Notes under the pieces: generated by a model
Database searches by the model: none
Told to the model about the DNA's origin: nothing
Seen by the model: the letters and a program-made list of their open reading frames with translations, nothing else
Made by a program: the position numbers and the translations under genes
From: Mytilus edulis
Taxonomy: Eukaryota
Reading direction: 5' to 3'
NCBI RefSeq assembly: GCF_963676685.1
Contig: NC_092347.1
Location: 61,814,001 to 61,878,000 of the forward strand
Length of the DNA stretch: 64,000 nt
Part shown: in pieces, positions 1 through 13,800 of the stretch
Numbering within the stretch: the stretch's first letter is position 1
How the letters are laid out: every line of letters starts with the position of its first letter

Positions 1-71
1 ATAATACAATTATATTATTATATCATATTGTATTATATGTCTCAGGTAAAAATAAACTTAATACCTGTAAT

Positions 72-945
72 TTGGCATTGCACAAGGTCATGTTTTTCCT
101 CAACTGTTTATAACGTCTTTTCACTAATTTAAATCCATTGGATGTTGGATGTGAACTGATTGATTATTAAGTCTAAGATGCATGTTTTTTATTATTAGTT
201 GATGGGATTTGTATTTGTATCCATCTGATGAGTTAAGCTTTTTTTCAACTGATTTTTATAGTTTGTTCTTATTTTGTACTACCTGTAGCTGCTACACAAC
301 TGTCCCAGGTTAGGGGTTGGTTGTGATCCCACTAACCTGTTTAACCCCACCACATTCTGTAAGTATTGTCCTGAGTCAGGAGCCTTTAATTCAGTGGTAA
401 TGTGTATTGATGTTTTTTGTTCATTTTTTTGGACATAGATTAGGCCCTTAGTTTTCTCATTTGAGTTGTTTTCTATTTTAAAGCTGAATATGATGTACAT
501 TGCAGGGTTCTCGCTAAAGATTTTTGAAGGCGAGTCCAGGAACTCGTCATTTTTGGCCATGATGAGTCCAACAGCAATAAGAAAATATGCAATATAAAGT
601 AATATTTTAGTCTCCATTTCCTAACAGAGCAATGAAATGACATTAGATTCAGATCACTTTTAAACTTTTGCTATAACATGATGATCTTTGTGTTTTAACT
701 GTGTTCAGTTTATACCAAATATTTCAATCTTGATGCTTCTGTGATGTTTTGAAAATGGTGAGTCCAGACAGATTTTTATGAGTCCAGGACTCATGGACTC
801 GCCTTAGTGAGAACCCTGCATTGTATGGGCTTTGCTCATGGTTGAAGGCCGTACAGTGACCAATAGTTGTCATTTCAGTTTCTTTCCGTCTCTTTAGGAG
901 AGTTGTCTCATTAGCAATCATACCATATCTTCTTTTTTTATATTG
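72..945 (+). mobile_element. 3' fragment of a PLE-related repeat (degenerate SECIS-like and twister-like modules), interrupted by a MITE
   Basis: TTGGCATTGCACAAGGTCATG aligns with the RT element 3' region (TTGGCATGACACGGGTTATG). Also carries TTTAACCCC..GTCAGGAGCC and the terminus GTTGTCTCATTAGCAATCATACCATATC. Confidence 0.7.
503..818. mobile_element. MITE with CAG termini and 5-bp TSD
   Basis: TIR CAGGGTTCTCGCTAA / TTAGTGAGAACCCTG, flanked by CATTG on both sides. Confidence 0.8.
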
Positions 946-968
946 AAGTTGGTCTATGTGCATGATGA

Positions 969-1140
969 CATACACCTTATTGCTATTCCCGGCTGACTCG
1001 GCTACATGAACTTTTGACGTAACGTTATACATCAATCACTTTTCCATTGTGGCGTCAATTATTTTGTTTTAATGACATCAAAATTGTACGGGAACCTGTG
1101 TGATATCCAGTTCTGGCGGACAAATAGTGATAAGGTGTAT
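969..1140. mobile_element. Short MITE
   Basis: Imperfect TIR ATACACCTTATTGCTATT / AATAGTGATAAGGTGTAT. Confidence 0.55.
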
Positions 1141-3088
1141 TGAATGAGAGGTTGATGTATGACCTTCTCTATATAAACTATATTTCAAAATAGGTCAATG
1201 ATTGAAGTGCCTTGATACAGTCAAAGACTTTGGATTACTTACTTACACTTCTATTGAATTATGAAAGAACCATCTATTTGATTTGTAATGTTACAACGAA
1301 TTTACATTGTTTTGATTTGCATTTGTCCTACCATATGCATGTGGAAGTTTGTGATTGTTTCAACTTAATTTCAAGGTTCGGGTTTATTCTAAATTATAAG
1401 TTTTCTTAAACAACACATTGCATTGTTAATTCATGGCTGTATTTTGTGATGTAAAACATATTAAACGGTGTATATTTGATGCAAACCCTGACTGTCCTTG
1501 CAATTGTCGCCATTTGTTGACAGACGAATCAGTAAAAGAGAGCAATTAATAGGGGCGATAATCGGAATTCCCGCGAAAAATATTCACTTTTCCAATATTC
1601 AAGTTATAGCTTTTCTGAAAAAGCTAGTCGGGTCTCAAGTCATAAGTATGAAAATGGAAATTGTTTTTGTATTGTAATTTAATTCATTCAGAATTAAAGC
1701 TTTGTACATAAATTGTAACAGATTATTAGTATTAAAAGTCTAGGACAAATTTATTAAATATTGGCAATAATTTCATAGAAAACAGAAAATCACTGAAGTG
1801 CCATGACCTTCGAACGTCTTCATTAAAGTTGACTATTCTGTGTTGAAAACGTATGAAGCAAAAATACATGACGTATCATCTCGCTTAAGATTCTATTATT
1901 TTTATATATTCACGCTTCAAGTAGGAAAAACAATTTTTCCTGAAAGTACCTGACGACACACTTTACAGATGGATCTTTAAAATGCACGAACTTATTGATT
2001 ACATTATTTTTTAACTTTCAAAAATTTCACCTGACAACTGATCAAATATAGTTTTTAGTTCACTAATTGCAGAAAAGTATAGCAGACAATGCTCAATAGC
2101 CAATAGATACATTGTTTTTAAAACACAACTGGCGTACAAGGCCGGCCATGATCGGTATGACATTATGGTGCTATGTGGACACATTTGTCGGTTTGCAAGC
2201 ACTTTATTGATCTTTATTGGCACATTTGTCCCTACACTGCCTTTGACGATTGTAAAAATCAGCTGTTGTAATAGGGGATATTATTTTTTCCTCATAACCC
2301 ATGCCATAAATCGACTGAATCTTTAAGGTTTAATATGGGAACATTATTCATTTATGTAAATAAGCTAGAATCCTTTTTAGAACAGTCTATTGAACTGAGG
2401 ATAGGGTACTCTTGAAATATTTACTTGTATTATGTATATTAATGATCTTGTTATTTTATTTTTTATTTTGCAAACATTCCTGATTTTGGACGTGTAGAAG
2501 TGCTGTTGTAACTTTCTCACTCACTAAGGTACTAACGCTTACGGGACTTAATAGTTTAGACTCGTCTTTTCGAAAGGACACGTTATCTTGCCTGAAAACA
2601 ATTGTTTGATCAGTTGATGACTGAAACTCTTTCTGATGATGAAGGAGTAACTCATGTTTAACTGGTTATAAGATGTCAGAGAATACACAGACCAAGGCTG
2701 GGGACCTAAGAGTCCACCGTTTATCCCTGGATGATGGATCATCGTAAACACAGGGCCCCTTGTGTATACTTCCCTGGGTTATACAAGGTAAATTATTTTC
2801 AATAAATGTATTTCAAGTCTTAAAAAAATAATAGGCTGGAGATCTAAAAAGTTTTCAAGAAAATTCAAGATGGACATAACAACTTGTAGACTTTGATTTA
2901 GATACCTATTACAATATGATACTAAGTTTAATATATTCCACTTAAGAAACCAATAAAATCAAACAATTGTGAAGTATTTAATTTGTCATGTGAAATCTTT
3001 AAATTAACTGGGTATTTGTTTTAAAAAAAACAGCTAATCATGTTGAATCAAATTTGTACCGACATGTTGCATTTTTGTTCGTGTTTAA

Positions 3089-3725
3089 AGGGGCATAAGC
3101 AAAAGATACATTTTTTGTTTTGTTCAATCATTATTTGAAGTGAAATAATTAAATAATAATTCGTCTTAAGCAGACAGTCTGGTTATTTTTTTCAAAATAA
3201 GCCAAGAAACATCGCTGATGAATTATCCACTTGCAAATGAATAATTCGTCCTCATTGAATCCGTATATTCATGTGACCTTCAATCTTACCCCTTAGCTTG
3301 GGATGGGTTAGGCATGTATTCATCTATGTCAAAATTGAAAGCAAAACAAAAATGAACCATTTTGTTGACTTATTCGATCCACAAAAATATCTTATACAGG
3401 TAAAAACGATAATAAACAGACTTGTCAACCTACTATGTAAAATCAAACAGACAGAAAATCTTATTGCATGTGTTCACAATATATCTATGTTTATATCGGA
3501 GTATATGACCGTCGGCAGCCTTTGGAGGCAATTTCGATGGTTATTTAGATGACGTCTAGACAATGATACACCTGAAATACTGAGAAATATTATCGAGTCT
3601 ATGCATTGTTAATTGTTTATTTTAGACTTTTTGTATTTAATTTTACATTTTAATAGTATGTTATGAATCAAATATGAGAATTTGAGTCAAATCGGTGAAC
3701 ATGAGACTTGACAGCTAATGTCCCT
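3089..3725. mobile_element. TTAA-targeting (Kolobok-like) non-autonomous DNA transposon
   Basis: TTAA-AGGGGCATAAGC ... GCTAATGTCCCT-(T)TTAA. Confidence 0.55.
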
Positions 3726-4094
3726 TTTAACTTTAAACATTTAATAGATACAGATTTTTTCTTTTGACTTGTCTGTCTTTGATGTTTCTTAGTTTTGATA
3801 CCCATCTTAAACTATTTTTTTTTATCAAATATAATAAGTGGTGCAACATATTCTTAACATAGTTAAGAAGCTACCAACTTGATAGATCAAAACAAATAAC
3901 AACTCATCACTGTCAATCTGCTGACTAACTATGGAATTGTTATGTTCAGTAGTAAATGAGAAAATTGTGACATAAATATTTGTTGGATGAACAAATGGAC
4001 AAGGAAATTGGTCTGTTCACCATTTTTGAATTGGGTCACATATGTTTCTTTCAAACAAACTAAAGAAAACCACTGATGCACACAAACTAATAGA

Positions 4095-4760
4095 CATTGC
4101 ACAAGGTTATGTTTTTCTCTGACTGTTAATGACATCATTACACGGAATCCATAGGATGTGTACTGATTGATATATTAGTCCCCTATACATGATTTGTTTT
4201 AGCTGTTATCAGCTTTGAACTAGCTGTCAGTAACTGTGAGTACTCTCAGATCTGTACTTAAAGGTTTTTGTTGTTGTTAGTGATGAGGGATGAATATATA
4301 CCATGCCACATCCTGTCTGTATTTTTGTTTGGTGTTTTTCTTTGTATCCATCTGACCAGTTGAGCCTTTTTCCATTTGATTTTTATAGTTTGTTCTTATG
4401 TTGTGCTGTTACACCATTGTCCCAGGTTAGGGGCAGGTTGAGCGCTTACAAATATGTAACCCACCACACATTATTTATGTGCCAGTATTAAGTCTGGAGG
4501 CTGTATTTCATGGGTTGTCATTGCTTCAAGTCAGTTACCCGGTATATTTGATTTTCCTATATTGTTTATTTATAAATTAGGCTGTTGTTTTTTTTCAATT
4601 AAAGTTTCATTTTTTCATGTCAGGGCATTTTATAGCTGACTATACATTATGTTTTTTTTCCTCATTGATGAAGGCTTTGTTGTTTCCTATAGTAACTTAC
4701 ATCCACTTTATTTGAACTCTGGTGGATAGTTGTCTCATTGGCAATCATACCACATCTAAT
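4095..4760 (+). mobile_element. PLE-related 3' fragment, same family as 72-945
   Basis: Collinear with 72-945 and 14880-15200; retains ATGAC..AA..TGAT at 4129-4167. Confidence 0.7.
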
Positions 4761-7700
4761 TTATTACAATAATGTATATATCAATGCAAAGAACGACGAA
4801 AACAAAATAAATTTAAGATTTTTATTTTCTGATCTTTTCAGAAGCACCAATGAAAGTATAAAAAAGAAAAATAAAGAAAACATTCAACAATTATAGAAAC
4901 GAAAGGTCAACACTGTAAAAGGTAAATTCCAAACCAGGGAAATATTAACAAGCATAGAACTATAATATTTAAGTTAGTGTAATATGATAAAAACTGCACC
5001 TTTCTATACTTGAATAAAAATAAATTCTGATTTTATAATCAAATGCAGCACAAATGAAGTAAATAATGGAAACAGATATATTTTTTGTTCCCTTAATTAT
5101 CATTAAATATTCTTAGATCATTTATGATTCCATTGTTTTTCCAGGTATAGTTCAGAAAAAGGAAATATCACTTTATTAATTTTGTACATGTACAGCATAA
5201 GTTTGACTGTATAGCGTTAACAGACACTTTATTCTATCCTTCACTAAAATTTTAATTCATTGTTTCTCGTAAATTTGTCAGATAACTACAACTCACGAAA
5301 AAAAATTCATTCGTTATGCAATTTATGTGCTTTTTCAATGAATGCCAAATGTTAACGTAATCTAAAAACTCTTGTCTGAATGCATTAACAATCTTAAGAA
5401 TGGTAAATATTAAAATGAAAAATCTCAAAAATGCCTTTTTGAAATTGACAGTTTTATTGAGATTATTACAATGGCAACAAGGCATGTATATTTTAATATA
5501 TTTCATAACAAACAAACAGATAATAATGTGTAGCTGGTGCTTCTGAAGTTTTAAAACAGTAAGTGAACTGGGAAAACTGTCCAGAACATATTCTATAAAA
5601 GGGAATAAATTTAAAAAAAAACTGTTTTTCATCAATAGATAATAGCCCATTTGATTCTTACAGCTGATCTTTTGGTAGGGAAAGGGGAGTAACCCATCAT
5701 CCAATCGTTATGACAAATATGACCAGGTTTTTAAAAACCCTGGTTCTAACCCTGTAATTCTGTAAAAACAGTTTGGTCTGAAGAAATGCAGGATAGTTTG
5801 CCATTAGAAAACCTTAAATAATGACATGAGGATATGAACTTGAATATGTATAAGGGGTTGCACAGCACAAAATATTTGTCATTCCCTATTTTACAGAATA
5901 TGATCTGAACCGTTATCCAATCAGTATCTGAAATTTGTGAAGCACATTAATGTTTCGAGTGCTGATTATACATTATACTAGTGATATGTGATGAATGCTT
6001 CACATAAAATATGACTAACAACCAATGAATGAAATAAATATGATAATGGACAATTTACAATGTCATGAAAAAAAGAGATCATCACGTATAGACTCACATT
6101 CCAATAAATAATACCTGTCACAACTGCGTGGGCAATCTGGAAACCTAAATGATAATAAAAGCCGTAACTTACAAGAGGCCCATTGAATCAGTTACACTAA
6201 CAACCAATTGTGCTTTAAGTACATAAGCATATGGTAAAAGAACTTTCTTAAGAAGATATATGTAGAGCTAGCACTTTTAATACTTGAAAATTAGAACAGT
6301 TTGTCTTTCTGATCATGAACTTTTAATAATAAAAATTTATAAAAAATGTTACAATTTTCAATTATTTTTTTTCCTTATCATAACAAAATACTATACAAGC
6401 CTTATCAAAATATCAAGACAGGGAGAAAAGCAATCAGCATTCAATTTTCAAGGGTGGTTGTGTGTATTTAAAACTCAATTTTTCCATAATTAAATATTTG
6501 TTTTGTATATTTTTTTATTGTGGGTATGGGTGAATGAGGGAAGGGACTATTTTAAAATCCTAAGCATATACAATTTTCAAATTTTTGTTTAAATTAAGAA
6601 AGTATCCATCAATAATATATTGGAGAAATTTCAAGTACAATTATTTCTAAATCACTATATATAGCTAAATCCCTAAGAAATAATGAATGTTTAACTTGCT
6701 TGGTAAAAGCTTTACACAACAAAATAAGCAACACTTTAATACAGATAACAGTCAACAATATAAATGTTTGGCAAGGATTTAAGGTTTAAAGTTATTTTAA
6801 TTGTTTCAACAATAATAATTAAAAAAATAACAACTTGGACTTAATACTTCTGCTTTAACAAAGCAGCTTTCTAAACTCAAAAAAATGAAACAAAATCTTT
6901 AAAACACTTTTAATATAAGTCTTCCTTTAGTTTGCTAGAGAATTATTTAGTTTGCTACAGAAATATAAAAGTTAATACTTAAGTTAATTCCTTCAATATA
7001 GCTTTTATTCCTATAAAGTTTCATACATAAAGACTACTTGAACAGTTAACTTTAATCAAATTTGTGATCAAATGCATATTTTATAGAGGATTATTGTGAA
7101 ACCTATAAATGTTTTGGAAATGTAAACCTTAACATTATTTAATGTATTAAGCCAAACTGTTCCAATAAAACTTCATCTAGAATTTTCACTTTCCTTGAAT
7201 TCATTCATTTATAATACTGTAAGCCAAGATTCCATACTATACATGTTTAGTATTTGCTGCCTTAAATAACACAATGCTAACATGTCATCATTTCTAAAGA
7301 AGGCTGAATTGCCCACTGTAAAGCATTTCTAAAACACACTACATACAAATGTTACAAGTTAGATTACCAATACAGGAATATTGACATTAATATAAATTAT
7401 AAACAATAACAGACATTTTTAAACAAAAGTCGAGAAAAAACTTTCCCCCATTTGTATACATGTACTTTAATTTACAAAAGGTGATTGTTTGAGGAATTTC
7501 TCAATCAAAATTTTATCAACAGAATTTCAGTATTTTGTAATAGAAATAATAGTGAGAACCAACAGATTTTCCTCAAAGGTCAACACTCATTAGGGTGGGT
7601 GGGTGGGGAAAAAAAGGGGGGGGGTGAATGGTGGACTCCGGTATACTGGAGAGGATGCAATGTCTCTAAATGGAACCCACACAAAAAAAAAATCACTTTT

Positions 7701-8414
7701 AAAATTTCACATCAAAGTTAATTAAACTACACCAACTCCCTTTTGAAGACAACTACTATCTGTAAGCCAAGAACCATATTGCTAAGATGGTAAGGTGATC
7801 TGGGTATATCTCTTTAGGTCAACTTTAAACAGTAAATCAATCCTTTTGACAAAATTTTGGGATAACAAGCTTATTTTTTCACTTAAATTTCAATAAAAAA
7901 GGGATTTGCTATGAACTTTTATCCAATATTTTGCCAATAGTCATATGAAGAAGTTTACAAGATCACCAGAAAGGATAATAGGGTCATTATACCAAAAAAA
8001 TATTTTTGTTGAACCGCAACAAATGCCCACCTACTGATTTATAAAAATTGGTAACTTTTTTGAATTTTCGCTGTTGTGAAAGTATAAAACATGTAGTTAA
8101 CAAAAAAACCCATTAAAACATGTGTTTGAAAAATTAACATAGAAACAACAACATTATTGCCATTTTTCATTTACAACATATAACAAACATAACTTTTAAC
8201 ATACAGATTTTGACAAAGTTTCAAAATTTCCAAGACTTTGATGGATTTCTACTGCAATAACCTATTTGGGTTAACAAAATCATCTAGTACAATTAATACT
8301 TTGTGAAGTTAGGAATAAACAGTAAGAAAAACTGACAATATATATTCCACTCTATAAAAAGCAAAAGGGTATTTACTACATGCATTTTTATTTCAATGGA
8401 CACTAAGATGCATC

Positions 8415-8532
8415 TAGTCCAGATTACTCTGACGTCCAACAACTGTTTTGCCAGACAAGCTGGGGCCGTGGGACCCACGGTACCAGCTTGTCTGGCAAAA
8501 CAGCCGTTGAACGTCAGAGTAATCTCAGACTA
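8415..8532. mobile_element. 118-bp hairpin MITE with 9-bp TSD
   Basis: Near-perfect fold-back with TAG..CTA ends, flanked by AGATGCATC at 8406-8414 and 8533-8541. Confidence 0.8.
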
Positions 8533-8670
8533 AGATGCATCCAAAAACAACAAATTACTTCACCGGCAACTAAACTTTCAAACACTGCAGATCATTGATG
8601 ATCTTCGTCAAAGCAAAAAAATAGAAATCATCCAGTGTCAAAAAAGTACATACTTTTTTCTTTTAGATTA

Positions 8671-8845
8671 GGGCTATTCCATTAAAATGTATGTGGGAAG
8701 GTAGGAAGGGAAGTTTAATTATTGAATGTGACTCTCTTTTCAGTATGTGTCTATTACCCTAATTTAGGCAAAATTGGTTCTTGGTTGTAGGAATATTTTG
8801 AAAGTCCATTCCTACCCTCCCCCATACATTTTAATGGAATAGTCC
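8671..8845. mobile_element. PIF/Harbinger-like MITE
   Basis: TIR GGGCTATTCCATTAAAATGTATG / CATACATTTTAATGGAATAGTCC with TTA on both sides. Confidence 0.7.
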
Positions 8846-10882
8846 TTACTTATCATACTGCTACTGATTAAAAGCTTTTGGTAGTGTGAATGCAAGTTTT
8901 CACTGAATATCATACTCTTTGGGAAATGTAATTTTTTGAATATTTTATGATCTACAAATAAATGTATGTGAAAACTATGGTCTTTATATATGCTGAACAG
9001 CAAAATGTATGTAAAAATTAAAATGTTTAAATGCCAAACAGCAGCATATATTCTTTTTAAGCCAAATTCTTCAGACAATCATCAAAAAAGAAATTACAAA
9101 TATCTACAAATGTGTTCTCCTTAATTCACTTTTATAGATCTTTTTAAAGATAAGAAAGTTTGAAATCTTTAACAAATTGATACATTATGTAGCCAGATAT
9201 CTTTCTTAATAGGGACTGAAATATATCATTGTTTATACAATATAAAATATTGGTCATTTCACAAAAATATGCAAACATGCTTAGAAGCTCCTGTTAATAG
9301 GAAAGGGCTACAACCGTCAGAAATAATCAAATGAGCATAACTACCAGTTTTTTTCAGACAAAATATTGCAAATTTGCGTTTACAATTGCTTTTATCAATG
9401 TTTAATCTGACATTATCTTGGAAGGGTCAACATGGTCAATTGCAAAATTCTATCTTATAATCACAAATATGAATTCAAATGTCAGACAATACATGTTCTG
9501 AGAACTTTTTTTTAATTACTTTGGCACAACTTATTTTTCAACAAAACTCTGATCCAACATCAAAATATCATAAATTGAAAAGACCAAAATAAATTGAAAC
9601 TTACTAAATTCATGAGCAGATATTCATATCAAACTATTAACTGTGCTTAAAAACTTATAGTAGTATCAATCATATGGCACATTTTGGTCAAAATTTAATT
9701 CTGGTCTTCTCAATTTAGGAAATTTACTATACAAACATCAAACATTCTTAAGTACTATACATAGCACCGCTCTTCTATCGTCCAGCTTCTAACAGCTGAT
9801 GACAGAGTTTCTAACAAAGATAGTACATGTACACATTTATAAACATTGTATATACACTCCAAAGTTCCAAACAGATCAAAATACCAGATCTTTTTTTTCT
9901 TCCATTCTACATCTACTCTTTCTAACTGGTGGTCACAGTATGAGTAAAAAAAATATCATTGCATTTCACATTGCAATAAAAAAACAAATCTAGTACAAGA
10001 GAAAAAAAATTTTTAGAATGAAATTTAAAAAAAAATTACAAACAAGTACAACTTATATAAGTTAACATGCATATACATCAATTGTATTTTCTTAGCCACA
10101 AATAATCATGCATTGAAATATTAAACCAAGAGTTGCAGTATGTTTGCCAATGTTACAAATATCCACAAGAGACCAAACAACAGTTTAAGGCGAATGCAGC
10201 ATAGATTCATTATTGAAAAAAAATTCATTAATTATTTAGAATAAAATCAATCATGAATAGATTGATATGTCTTTATAGATGGAGAAGGAACATTAATATT
10301 ACTTTATTACATATAAATATGTCTTTTTGTCATGTTCTTTTTTATTTTTCAAATTCCATCAATACATGTATATAATTTCCATGACAGATGATATTCATCA
10401 AACATAACTAAATGGTGCAATTAAAATTCCCTGGTATTGAATAGATCTTGAAATGAGATTGAAAATTTAGAGTCACAAGATAATTTTTTTCTTTTTTTTT
10501 CTATTTTCCAGGAATTTCCATCTGACTAATTACAAAAATGAATTATTAAAATTTCAAATCGAATCAATTTGTTCTTCAGCATATTTTTACAGTCCTCACA
10601 GTTGAATTGTGATTTTTTAAACAGTTTAAAACACTGTTATTAAAACAATAAAACACAACAGCACAAAGAAACAACATGTTCAACAACATGAACAAAAATA
10701 TAGTCAATTTCTGAAATAATTTATAAAACAACAAGGCAATAAAAAGTTCAAGAATATAAAATTTAGCACTTTGCAATTGTATACATAAAAATGTTTGAAA
10801 ATATGTTACTACATATTACTGCAAAAGAGAAATTGAATTTGCCAAAATACAAAAAAAAATCAACCTTCAAAATCTTTTTTTT

Positions 10883-13800
10883 TTACATTGCTGACACTGC
10901 ATTATTACTTAGGAAATTTTCAATAAGTCTGACAGTTTTGCTGTCAAGGACACACAGATCAAAGTCAAAGGTTGTCTCCCCTACATTATACATTCCTGTT
11001 TCTTGTATAGCAAGTACAACCTTTTCTAAGATAACAGAATCTTGTATTCTTTCAAGTTTTTCATGTAACTCAAGCAGAGAATAAAGATCTTCACCGTTAG
11101 GAGCCTTGCCCAGATTCTCTTCTGAATCCTCACCATTAGAGACTTTCCCCAGATTCTCAATAGAATCTTCAAAATTAATTTCTGTGGTGTCTTCTTCTTT
11201 CGTTATTAGTTCTGTCTTAGAAATTAACTTTTCTTCTTGCAAATTTGATTTCAAATCTGTTTTTGATTCCTTCAGTATGTTTGCAGTCTTTGCTACTTTC
11301 TCTTCAGAATTTTCTGTCTTAACATTTTCCTTTTTCACCTCTGCTTCCACTGGCTTTTCCTTCCCAGGTGAATCAAACTTTCTGGCTGAAGATTCATAAC
11401 CTTCTTTTTTCTTCGCTTCCTTACCATTACTTGATGAATGGTTGGAAGATTTTAGTTTTTCATCATTTTCCTTATTTTTGGCCTCCTGTTTAATTGATTT
11501 TAGTTTTTCTTCGTTTTCCTTATTTTTGGCCTCCTGTTTAATTGATTTCATTTTTTCATCGTTTTCTTTATTTCTAGTTTCCTGCTTGATTGATTTTAAT
11601 TTCTCATCATTTTCTTTATTTCTATTTTCTTTACTAGACGTTTTGCTTCCCTGTAAAAATTTAGAAATTTCCTTAACTTTAGCTTCTTTTGCAGCTCTTT
11701 CCTTTTCTTTTTCTTTTTCCAATGTTTTGTTGGTATCCTCTGTACTTTTTTCAACATTCTTGGCTTTAACTTTACTCTCCTTGTTGAAGGACAGATTTTG
11801 AGATTTATCTTCTTCATTTTTTTCTTTAGATTTTACTTCTTTTGGAGTAGTTTTAATTTCTTTTGTAGAATCCGATTTAGATTTTTCTCTTCCAGAATGT
11901 TTTTTCTCTTTTGAATGTTCACGTTTTTTGCTTTCTTTCCTACTTTTCTCTTTGTTTTCTTTTTTACCTTTCAACAGTTTTTCTTTTTCAACCTCTTTGT
12001 TGTCAGTTTTGCTCTTTGAATCTTTCTCTTCTTGTTCATTTTTCTCTTTTGTATGTTCTTTTTCCTTTACTTCCACTTTATTTCTTACTTCCTTTTCTTT
12101 ACTTTCACTTTTGTTTTTGATATCGCGATCTTTACTTTCACTTTTCACCCGTATCTCCTTATCTTTTGTTTCAGATATTTTCTTAATTTCCTTTTCCTTA
12201 CTTTTTGATTCTTTTTCTTTACTATCACTTTTGTTTTTTGTGTCTTTTGAAGAATCTGATTTTGAATGTTTTTCACTACTTTTGTCTTTGTGTTTGCTAC
12301 TAGACTTTGAGGAACTTTTGTGCTCTTTTGTTACATCCGATGAAGCTTTTTCTTTTTTCTCTTGGTCTGTCTTCCCTTTCCTGATCGTTTCATCAGGTGT
12401 TGTTTTTTCCACTCTCTTAACCTCATCACTAGATTTCTTAGACGAACTAGATTTTGAAGAGGAATGGTGACTAGATTTTGATGAACTTTTGTGAGAAGAT
12501 GTCGGTGATGGAGCTATAGATTTATGTGATATAGGGGATTTAGAACTTTTCTGAGATGATGGTGTAGATGGCTTGGAGCCTTTTTGTGAAGGTGTTGGTG
12601 GCTTATCATGCTTATCAGATGAAGAACTCTTGGAACTTTTTTGTCCTGATTCTGAATGCGAAGTTTTTGAATGCTTAGATGATTCAGTATTGTGATGTGA
12701 TGATTTGGAACTTTTATGTGAGGATGACATTGGTGAAGATTTGGAATTTACGAAAGAAGACGGAGAATCCATTCTTCTAGAGACAGAAGCTGAACTTTTC
12801 ACTGATGATGAACTTTTGACTGACGATGGCGACGATTTTGCAAAAGGTCTATGGTGTGACATTAAATCTGAGGCTGCAAATGCCTCGTAATCACTATCGT
12901 CATCATCATCGTCATTGGCGAGTTGTTTTAATATGTCATTTAGTGCTTCAGCTCTTGGTCTATTCAACGTTTCACTTGTAACAGCAGACACATACTCTGC
13001 ATCAGGAGTTTGTCTCCCTTTGTTATCTTCAGTGTCTTCCTCAAAAATGTCAGTATCATTACCACTATCGTGACCCGGATCAACCACATTGTTCTTAACC
13101 TCCACCTCATTATCAGATGCTTCTGACTCAGAATCAGACGAGGATGAGGATGATCCACTACTGGAATTACTGTCACTATCACTACTTCCACTTCCACTAC
13201 TACTGCTAGATTCAGAAATCCTCGCTTTCTTTTTTACCGGGGCATCCACAGAATTTTTCCTCACTTTAATGAAATCTTTCTTATTAAAAGCATTTTCAGG
13301 TTTCTTAGTCTCGTCTCGCTTTGGGACACTTTCTTCTTTCTTAACAGGTATGTCTCTAATCTTTTTGGTCGCCACTAACCCACTTTCTTGTTTAGATTTG
13401 TGTGCTTTCTTATGATGAGAGCTTGATTTATGATCTGACGATGATGTAACTTTCCTATCATGGGAATTATGGGTAGATTCAGAAGATTTCTTCTTTTCTT
13501 TGTGTTTAGAATGTTTATTTTTATCTGTAACAGTTTCAGTTTTAAGTCTTTGTTTATCCTCTGAATGTATTGAGGAAATGGACGAACTCCTTTTTTGTTT
13601 TTTAGGTGGATTTGTATCAGTGGCATCTGATGGCCTTTTTAATGGCTTTGATGATGAATGCTTATCTTTTGTTGTGGAACTTTTATGATCTTTGGAATTT
13701 GGAGTCTGTTCTGATGATTTGGAAGGAATCACTGATGTTTTTGACGTGCTTTCTGATGATACACTGCCAGCATGCTTTGGTTTTTTCTCTTTGTCTTTGT

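Noticed and set aside
225-255. Hammerhead at CTGATGAGTT..AACTGAT (also ~15988)
   Set aside because: It has CTGATGA and a possible stem II but no GAAA or stem III/cleavage triplet.
279-9993. Short ORFs in the track
   Set aside because: No recognisable motifs or splice-consistent chains; they fall in repeats or AT-rich non-coding DNA.
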